Positions 50,347 to 64,000 of a stretch of DNA of 64,000 nucleotides are shown piece by piece. Origin of the DNA: the human T2T-CHM13v2.0 reference genome, Homo sapiens; the NCBI RefSeq assembly GCF_009914755.1, contig NC_060926.1; one strand, written 5' to 3'. Numbering within the stretch: the first letter of the stretch is position 1; the number at the start of each line of letters is the position of its first letter. The position numbers and the translations under genes are program-made. A model generated the notes under the pieces. The model was not told the origin of the DNA. It made no database searches and worked only from the letters and a program-made list of their open reading frames with translations.

Positions 50347-53300
50347 GATGCCATAAGGAATAAGGATCTTTATACTTCACGTATGGATGGCAAAAGAGGG
50401 CCAAAAATAGATATGGAGATAATCCAGATAATCATTAAGTATATTTAAGAATAGTGTAAACTTTGGCCATTGTAATTGCTATAAAATAAAAATATGACAG
50501 ATTTCTGGATGTTTTATATATATACAGATTATATTTTATAGATACTAATGTTTGCCAACATTTCTAATATAAACTTAGAGTTTGAAATGTTTCATCAAAA
50601 CATTTAATACATGTAAAATATATACAAAGTTAAATACAATAAAATCAAAATAATGTGGAAACTAGAATCTACTTGACATATCTCCCTAGCAAGATAGTGT
50701 TTTTTTTTTTTCGACTGTACTATATTATACAAATGGCCTGTTGCTACACATATTCTGTACATGCCATAGTTATGTCTACAAATATGGAATAGCTGGAATA
50801 AAATGGAAAAATCTAAACACCAAAGATGTTTGTACATGGTTGTATATGAAATTATCATGTTGACAAAATAGCCAGATAATAACTAAATTTTTCAAACTCA
50901 AGATTTTTGTTGTCTTATAGGTGTAACCTTTGGTCTATTTGTTACAGATTATAAGTCTATGTTACTTGAGTGTGTGAATGAATAAAGGAAACATTTAGTT
51001 TATCCTGCATCTCCAATGTTCTGGTTACTAAGATTTCTTTAATTCTCTTAAAAAAGCAAAAACATTTAACCTTAAGCACATCCAAACCCTCATATTTGTT
51101 ACCAGATCACATATGGGGCTAGTTGTTTTTTATTATTGGACAAAATAGTTATCCAAGATTCTGCTTAACAGAATCAGCAGAGGAAGGTGGAGTAAGAATT
51201 GAATCCTCTGCTCTGAAATCTTTTCTAGGATGAAGATGTGGGCTTTGAGAATATCAAGGTTTCAAACCTAGACAAAGGCTGAGAAAAGCTTCTCACAGAA
51301 TGTAACCTTGGTTCCTATTAAGAGATTTAAAGAAAATTAAGGTTTAATGCATTTTAAATGGCTCTAATTTTATAATTACTTGGGAAAGATTTAAAAAATC
51401 AGATTAACTGGGCCTGGATTCTGCAGAGAGAAGGTGTGTTTTAGGAAATTCCCACTAGAAAAAGTAGGTGACCTCATAACCTGCTGCTGGACAAGGAGGC
51501 ATTCTAGGGCTATAAAAAGAGACTCACTTCAAGGGATCTGAGGCCACATCCAATGGTATTTCTAAGTTATTAGGTTATGCTTTCTTTGTATCATCCCTGA
51601 ACTTTGGTAAAGATTTGTTGAAAAAAGATTTATGAACTATGATATACAAAATTAAGATGAGATCTGATAGGTAATAAAGCAACTATCCAGAGAAAATCAG
51701 AGAATTATTAATATACTACTTCATGTTAATAGAGTAGCATCCTGTTAAAACATGCAATGAATAGACTCTGTGTCCCAACAAATGATTTTTATTCGATCCA
51801 CTGCTGAACATAAGGATCCTTTGAGATATTGTTTTGCTCAAGAAACTGAGAATAGGAAATTTCAGTTAAGGCATCCATAATGAATAAATGCTTACTTCAG
51901 GAGTCAAGATGTAACCAAATCCTTTTACCTAAAAATCTTGTAATTTTCCCTGCCTGCTTTAAGTGATTTGAGTTGTGATTGAAGAAGAATGCAAGCATCA
52001 AGGAGGTGGGGTTAACTTCATAAAGATGAACACAACTTTTGAAGTAGCACTTAGGCCAAATCAACTGCCTGGCCTGCATCTAATAACAGAAATTTAATAC
52101 TAAGTGTTCTGTTAGTTTTTCCAAAAACTTAACTAGGGACTTATATAGTTAAGGGAAATGAGCTAAAGATTCTAAGGTAAAAGGCAAAATTTTTGTAAAG
52201 AGGTATGTTTGATTATATATTGTAATTTCCATGATTTGGGAACGTAGGCCCTCTGCTGACTTACCAAAACATTGAACATGTCTATCAACAAGCAATTTGC
52301 CACTGCTGGAATAGGTAAGTATCAGGAGTAAGTAATAAAAACAATGGATAATTTCTCATGGCATATAAGACCTAGATAACTCTAGGGTCAAGTGTTTTAA
52401 ATTGTGCAATTACACAGAGTTTATTCTTATCAAGTATCTTAAAGCAATATGAATAAGCTTTCTGTGTAAATGCACAATTATCACTTGTGAAGTTATAAAA
52501 TAGTCTTCCAACTAGGAAAGAAACACATTTATGATGTATTTTAATAATAATTTAAAGGTGGTTTATCGAAATCAGTGTTGTGAAAAAAATTCACTCCAAT
52601 GACATCAGACTATATTTAACCTTAGGCACTGTTATAATTTTTGAGCTAAAAATACTTCAGTGGACAATTATGATAATGACCCATTTACCTTAGAGACACA
52701 TCCAAGTTTTATCAGTATAAAAAGTCTGGTACCTGTCATTAGGATGTAAAAAGGAAAACTAAACTAGAATAACCCTCTTCCAAAATAGCAAATTCTATAT
52801 GGAGGGCCTGTACTAAGACTGATACATGCCTACATTGTGGCAATTAGCAAGAAAAATTGAAAGGAAGAAAGAAGAAAAATAACATTTATTTTTGGTGAAC
52901 TTTATTCTTTCATAAGCAGTGGAAATGTGCCATGTTCCCAATATACAAAGAGGACATGGCACAGCCTCTAGGTATCTTTTGCTATAGCAGGGATTAAAGT
53001 TTTTCTGGGATACCTTAGAAGTTCTTTCTTCTCATGCTGTGTTCCTTCTTATATTTCCCAGAATGCTGACTTGCACAATACTTTTAAAGAAAATTAAATT
53101 CTGGGGTAATTTATTTCCACTATTTTGGTTAGAAAACTGGTTAATATTTAGGTTACTTGATAAAAGCATGATTAAACAGTTTTATGTTTATCACAATTTG
53201 TTTCTTTTTTTTAGAAGTGAAATATTTTTCTGATTCAGATTCCCAGATGCTAAAGGGATTAGAATAGATATTTATTTGAGTTAGATTTAATTTTGGTGAT

Positions 53301-53449
53301 TCAATGAAAGACGGTCCATAACTCTTGGGTGGGACAAAAATTATTTTTGAAAAGCATTGTGTTAAGGAACTTCCCTCTCACTCCTCCTACCCTCCTCCCG
53401 CCTCCACTCCCCAGAAATCACTTGCTTCCTTACAGGTGATCATTTATTA

Positions 53450-53640
53450 GCAAAAAAAAGTTCTGAGTTCTAACACTTAATAGTAATGTCACCTTGGGAA
53501 ATTCTCTTAACCTTTCTGAGCTTCACTTCTCTCATAAAAAAGTGCCTGATTATCTCACAAAAATATTGAGTGGATAAAATGAGATAATGCATGTGAAGTG
53601 CTTGTACATTGTAAGGTGCTATATAAATATAAATATATAA
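53450..53640 (+). mobile_element. MIR fragment
   Basis: accttgggaaattctcttaacctttctgagcttcacttct...aaatgagataatgcatgtgaagtgctt. Confidence 0.7.
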
Positions 53641-55501
53641 ATATAAGGTATTACTCTTGTTTTGAAATAATATAGTCAGAAAAAATGTGATATTTTAAGC
53701 AGGACTTTATAGCACATCATCAACAAAGTTAATACCATTTTTACTTGGAATATTATCGTGGACTTTGAACAATCTTCAATGATTTAAGCAAAGCTTTTCT
53801 GTAGAACAGTGAACACAGGTTAAGTGACCAAAATTTCAAGACTAGTATCTTAAGACTATTCCATAGTTATAGACTCTGTTTCTTCATATATGAAGTAAGG
53901 GATAATAGGATCTCTGGGATTTATTTGAGTCCTTAAATTATATAATTCTATGGTTTCATATTTATAACATAGGAAAATATGTTTATATCTAAACATAAGT
54001 CAATCTGTTTATATAGCTGTATCACTCACTGGCTAAACTGGAAACCATAAAGCTTCAAGGGTTAAAGTAATAAAGCAGTCCAGGCCTAGGCCCTATAGCT
54101 TAATCCCTTTTTAGGCCATACTTTTTGATCCTGATTTAATGTTACATTTATTGTGTAATATATTAATATTAATAGGGTTAGCTATATTCCAATTTCCCTG
54201 AGACAGTCGAGGCTTATGCTTACTGTATTACTAGAATTTTAGTTTTGAAAAACAGTTTTTGAATAGAATGATTTTATAGGCTTATTAATATGGCAAACTT
54301 CTTTTTGGCCAATAAAGACATATTTCAAAAAATATGTAATTTTAATTCTTTTTGGTGCCCCCTTTCTCTCTCAAGTATTCATATTTGGATGATAAGTAGA
54401 TGATTACCCCATATAAGATCTCTGAGCAGAGATCAGCAAAGTCAAGAACTGTCTGACTATTACAAGGAGCAGAAGTTAGTGCAGAATTTGATATGACTGA
54501 TGAAACATCAGAGGACCTCGTCTATAGGTGAATCACCTTGATTTCTGTAAAGATAATAAAAATCAAGTCTGCTGCTCATCAATGCAGGTGGGGGTGAGAT
54601 TCAAGAGGAAATATGTGTTGGAGAACAAGGACTCCTAATTCTGAGTCCATATAATGTTGTTTCAGAGAAGGTTAAACTAATAATTACAGTGGAACTTGGC
54701 ATGTGTCTAAGGATGTAATCAGTTCTAAGAAAAGATGTAGTTATATTACTACACATGACTCTATTCAGACAGACCGTAAAGTAAGACAGGCAGTCTGTCT
54801 TACTTTAATGGAACGAATTGTACTTTATTTAAATAATAAAGATGAGATTTCTTTTGAAACTGCATGACCCGAGATTAAATCATGTCAGTAAAAACTGTAC
54901 TGTTACTTACCTTTAGCTAGCATGTATGAAGATGTTTGGTTTGAAGGATGTTTAATAAGGAAAGACCAACTGGATGATTTATATGAAGAAATGACATTTA
55001 GAATGAATTCTGGATGTTTCTCCAAATAATTCATCATTTAGAAGAGAATAGGGAAAGCTGAATTCTCTGTAATGGATATACAAAATTTAAGCAAAGGTGA
55101 CAGTGATTTAGAAAGTAATTTTCATGAAGCAAGTGAATGGATTAAATGAATTGTACAGTGTTAGGTTTATATCCCAAATCAAAGTTTGAATTTTAAAAAA
55201 ATGTTTAACTTCAAAAAGTCCCATCAAAAAAACAAACACATTATCTTTTCTTCAGCTTTCTAAACTTTTCCCATATCATGGCATAACCATAATATTCACA
55301 TGGCACAGTGGGGCTAAGGGAGCCTGTGTGCACTGAAGGTGATGTGAAAGGATGTCCTGAATTCTCTATTGCTGTTTTTAATATGGTTACTAAGATAACA
55401 AAGTCATTTATTCACTGGGGGATGGGGAAAAAAAATAATGCTTTAGACTACCACTACAAACAAATACATATACTCCAGTTCTGTAGGAAACCACCAGTTA
55501 A

Positions 55502-55828
<327 letters not shown>

Positions 55829-58006
55829 AAGAACTAAATCTTAACAAGGAATTCAGACTTTTATATTTCTCAAAAATCAGATGTTGGTCAGTTCCCCCCA
55901 AACTAGAAATAAGTCCACAGAATTTTGATCCATTAATTAGATGGGATTTATCAGTTGCTTTTTTGATACCTTCTACAAAGGGATGGAATGATAGCTGTTA
56001 GATAAAGCTGCAAAAACTCACCTGTTAAAAAATTAGAACTTGTCTGTAGCCTCAGATTCCCAGTCCAGACACGTAGAATAGGTGCAACACTACTTGTTAA
56101 TAAGTAATATTACAATAATATTGTCTGTTCTAATTAACATATGTTTTCTGTTATACTTCTTTATATCTATACATGTATGCATACATATATATTTGTGTAT
56201 ATATATAATATATATAATATAGTTACATAAAAGCTCTAATCACCAAGATATTTCTATAAAAGGACTTCACTATAGATTATCACAAAGCCTTAGGTTTCAG
56301 ATGATTATATACCATTTGATTAATTAAAAGAACAGAATGAATGATGACATGAGCAATTGTACCCCAATGGGCATCTGCAATTCAAATACTATGAGATATT
56401 GAAGGATCAACTTAGAAATGTTTTTATTTCAAATGCTTCATGAGTGAAAGTAAAGCCACTATTAATGTAAATACCACAGGTCCCATTTGATGGAGAAAAT
56501 ACTTTACTGAGATAACACATAGATTATATGATAGACCCAGCCTTCACAAATACTTTTTAAAGGAATAAAACCTATCAAAGACAAAGGTATAGAGAGAATG
56601 CCACAAAACTTGTCAGTGGTTAGTAAAGGGAGAAAATAAATATTAAGACATTAGGGGCAGTTACTTTGAAGGCTTTATACCTCTGGAAAGAAACCTGACT
56701 CATTATAAAACAAAATAACAACACAAAATGATATTTTTAAAATGATATTTTTTTCCCAGGAAATAAAAACTCTTAGAGATGTGTTTTTATCTTCACCATC
56801 TCATGCAGGAAGAAATGGAGAAGAAAAAAGTAGGAGTCTAATCAAAGAACTTTCTTCTTAGACATTCTCTCTTCAGACCTAACGGTATACTGGAATCTTA
56901 TGGGTACATCCCAAGAAGTGTGAGGATCTAGGTCCCCAAAATTTTCTCTGATGAACAACCATCAACTGTTGCTTATCTTCTGAAGTGAGAAGACTCTTAG
57001 CAGGGGAGGAAGTGAGGGGCCTTGGTCTCAAAGTATAGAGAGGTCACTTCTCACACTCCTGTATTTCCAAGGGAAGAGTAAGTCCAACAAACAGCAGCCA
57101 CTGTAGTTGCTAATCAGAGAGTAGTATTCACCATGTAAGGACAAAGCCGATGCGATATTTTTAAGGACTTATGCACAGGGATAAAAACACTGAATAGAGT
57201 TGAAAGAAACCGCACCAATTATGAATATTACTTATATTCATTCTTTGGGTAAAATTTTCCTCTTTGCCACTTTTAAGTCTATAGGGATTTCAGGATAAAC
57301 TGGAGTCAAACTATAGATCTAGAGGCCAACAATTTATTACAGTAACAAAGAGCATGTTGAAGCATGATATTGAAGTTGTATTGGATGCCCTCCTAAAGTC
57401 CTTTGATTCTGTATTTTAATTCTATTGAAGTGCAATTTCTGGGAAAGATACGAATAATTTTTATGTGTGACCCCCAAATCATTATTTTATAGTTAAGCGT
57501 AGCATAAATCTAGGAAACACACTCCTACATATGGGGGTTATCATGTATAAATTTGTTTGAAAATAATTGTACTGTTCTTGTCGGTGGAAATTTATAAAGC
57601 AATCTGTTTTAAACTAAATCGTACCTCTTTCCAAGCCATCCTTCTGAAATCAGCTGACAGAGGAAGTTAAAGCCTAATTTCCCAAGATGCTTTATCTTTT
57701 GACATGTTACCATCTTTCTATCTCAGATTGTATTAGAGATTTTTGGAAAACAGGCTGCAAAGTTATTACCTTGTGATTTTGGTACATGTACTAATATCTG
57801 TATTATCCATTTTATTCTAACACCCAGTGAATTTCAGATAATTTCTTCAGATTTGCCTTTCAAAATGGGTCCTAAGTAAAACCTTAATTTTCAAAATTAT
57901 CAGAGATATACTACAAAATAGAAATAAATAAAATGGGCTTTACTTAGTATATGTAAGGAGAATTTTTGTCTCTCAATCTATCTGTTTTTAGAAGTAACAT
58001 GTGTGG

Positions 58007-58313
58007 GGCTGGGTACAATGGCTCACGCCTGTAATCTCAGCACTTTGGATGGCCAAAGTAGGAAGATCACTTGAGCCCAGGAGTTTGAGACCAGCTTGGG
58101 GAACCTAGTAAGACCCTGTCTCTACAAAAAATAAAAAATTAGCTGGGTGTGGTGGTGCATGCCTGTAATCCTAGCTACTAGGGAGGCTGAGGTGAAAGGA
58201 TGGCTTAAGCCCAGGAGTTTGAGGTCACAGTGAGCCATGATCGCATAACTGCATTCCAACCTGGGCCCCAGAGCAAGACAGTCTCTTAAAAAAAAAAAAA
58301 AAAAAAAAAAAAA
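58007..58313 (+). mobile_element. AluJ
   Basis: J diagnostics; TSD aagtaacatgt. Confidence 0.9.
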
Positions 58314-58564
58314 GTAACATGTTTGGGCTATTAAGCTAGGCCATGAAGAAGGCTGTATGATATCCTCCATTTATTCAGATTGTCAAACTCCCAAAATTTT
58401 TAGTAGCTTCTCAAAATAAAGCTAAATTCTAAGAAAGTGCATATGTATAAATTATATATGTGTGTGTATATATGCATATAAACATGTATATATGTGTATG
58501 CATATAATCTATATAGTTGTGGAAGAAACACACTTGGGTATCAATTATCATCAAAATTCCTTAT

Positions 58565-60228
58565 CCAATAATACATAATTAATTTTTATTAACAGTCCAG
58601 GATTTGTTTAGCATCTTGTTTAACATTTGAAAATCAAAACATAAACTTTTTGGTTCTCAAGGATAGTGCTATTAAAAGAAAATCTTGAACATCAGTGGTT
58701 AGTAATTTTTTACTTACAGAACAAAAACTTCTGAAATTTCATTGTGGGACTTAATCTATTTACATTCCTAAAACTGAGAATAATTAATGTATTTGAGATC
58801 CTTGTATGCTAGTATACATTCATAAGGTTCTACTGTTCTCATGAAGCCATTTGACTGGCAAACATATTCATTACAGTTTCAAAAGAAAACACCCTATTTG
58901 ACTCACCAGAAAAACCTTTGTGATCTATATCCTACTATTTCTGCTGCTGCTGCTGAGCATGGAATACATGTGGGGTTGAAACAGGGGAGGAAAGAGATAG
59001 ATTTATTAGGGTAATACCAACTTTTATGGCTCCCCCTGCCCCCTCCACCTAAAATTAGGAGGTCAGTGAAAGAACTGCAAATGAATGTAAAGAGGAATAT
59101 TTCCTGTACTACTGTAGAAATTTTAGAGATTAAAAACCCCTATGATTTGTTCTGTACCTTTTGAACAATGAATGACACCCCTCCCATCTATTTTCCAATT
59201 TTATAGTAAAAATCGGATTTAGAATCAGAATCTAAAATTTTCCTTTGGTGTAAAAAATAGTTTTGCATTTTATGAAAACAATTGTCCTTTTAAAAATTAA
59301 TCACATATATAATTGAATATATTGGTTGCATATCAGAAGAAAAGGTTTAAGGATTAAAGCATTCAAAGAACAGTAATTTGGTGGAATTTCAGTCAGTGTT
59401 ATGGGATCATGTCAGAGATGAACCCTTTTATCAAAATTCCAAAGGTGGATCCATATTTTATAAAATTTGATACCAAATAAATTATGTTATAGGAAGATTT
59501 CAATATTGTCTCAAACACTGGAGAAAAAATTTAATATAGTCAAATTACATGAAAAGGCAAGAATACTGATCATGTTGATGGTATTTCTAATATTTGGAAA
59601 ATGTTATAAAAAAGAAGTATAAATACTATTCAGATTCTGAAAACCATGGCAGACGCAAAATTAAATAAGGAGTAACAGTAATAAATGAATTAAAAATTAG
59701 ACAAAAGCATATTAAATGACAAAACAGCAAAGCAAAAATAGAATTGTCATTAATATTAAATAGTATACTGTTGTAAAATATATGAAAGTATTAAAAGTAT
59801 TATAATTAAAAATGATTCTTATCCTAAATATGAAAATAAATATCAAATAATATGAAACATAACATCTAATTGTTTGATAAGAAAAAATAACACAAAGCAG
59901 AGAAAATAAAAGACACCTCACTATTCCCAATGTGGTTATTATTTATGGAATGGATAAAACATGTTGTAGAAAAGGTCATTACAGTTAGGTTAGCACATAA
60001 AAAACCAACATGCCACATCTACCTAAATAATTTTGTAGAACAGCTGAAAAAGCAAATTTCATCAAATTTAGACAGCTTATAGTGGAATAACTGAGTATGG
60101 TGAGGTATTAACTAACACTAAGTTTCACAACGGGCAGCTTCTAGCTGGTTCGTTGAAGCTGGATCTCGGCCACGCAAGGATCATTGGACAAGAAATCAGT
60201 TGAGCTGGAATAGAGCTGCCCAATTGTC
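58565..60228 (-). other. BOLL: BOLL 3' UTR (~1.66 kb), AATAAA at 58590-58585
   Basis: Repeat-free AU-rich sequence after the BOLL stop codon; cleavage site inferred from the hexamer. Confidence 0.7.
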
Positions 60229-60252
60229 TTAATAATGAATGCTCCACACTGT
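60229..60252 (-). CDS. BOLL: Boule homolog RNA-binding protein, coding part of terminal exon (TVWSIHY*)
   Basis: Acceptor ttttctctttacttaacag|ACA GTG TGG AGC ATT CAT TAT TAA; peptide matches the recalled BOLL C-terminus and position fits synteny with MARS2. Confidence 0.88.
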   Translation of the reverse strand, partial: TVWSIHY

Positions 60253-60635
60253 CTGTTAAGTAAAGAGAAAATATAGATCAGGAAGACTGAATGGAAAAAA
60301 AAAGATAAGTTAGAACAGATGAGTACAGACCATCAATCAACATTCACTAAATATTTGCAGAACCTTGGTACCAATTAAATTAGAATGTTACAAAGTGAGA
60401 GGCTAGCAATTAGGAGGGCTCCAGAACTCAGGAAAACCTGCTCTCTGAGAGCTTAGAATCTATATTAGACAATCTCTAGTCTAGTGTTACAGTATAAATG
60501 TTGAGTAAATAAAATGAGGGATGGGTCAGCACAGATTACGAGTTACAACATTTCCTTCTATTAGGTGGGTCTTAAAAACTTGTTTTTAAAAGGGGAATAG
60601 TATTTTTGGCAGGAGGCTATTTAGAACGCTGTCCA

Positions 60636-64000
<3,365 letters not shown>

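Overview
Hominid (human or great-ape) genomic DNA; the gene order RFTN2(-) / MARS2(+) / BOLL(-) matches human 2q33.1. The window holds the first coding exon and promoter of RFTN2 (~7 kb), the complete intronless MARS2 gene with its CpG-island promoter (37-40 kb), and the terminal exon and 3' UTR of BOLL (58.6-60.3 kb). Most of the rest is transposon-derived, including a 16-kb nested cluster (full-length L1PB host containing Alus, a full-length L1PA2, an SVA and an L1PA 3' fragment) and a second 5'-intact young L1 in the last BOLL intron. I found no new protein-coding system. The most unusual signals are footprints of DNA copying: a perfect 104-bp inverted templated insertion inside an AluJ, an SVA with a 204-bp 5' transduction, an L1-retroposed (poly(A)+TSD, U5-less) HERV-H LTR7, two 3' transductions, and two inverted L1s flanking MARS2 that share many non-consensus variants. 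Repeat family names and consensus comparisons come from recalled sequences, not a search, and repeat boundaries are approximate unless TSDs are given.
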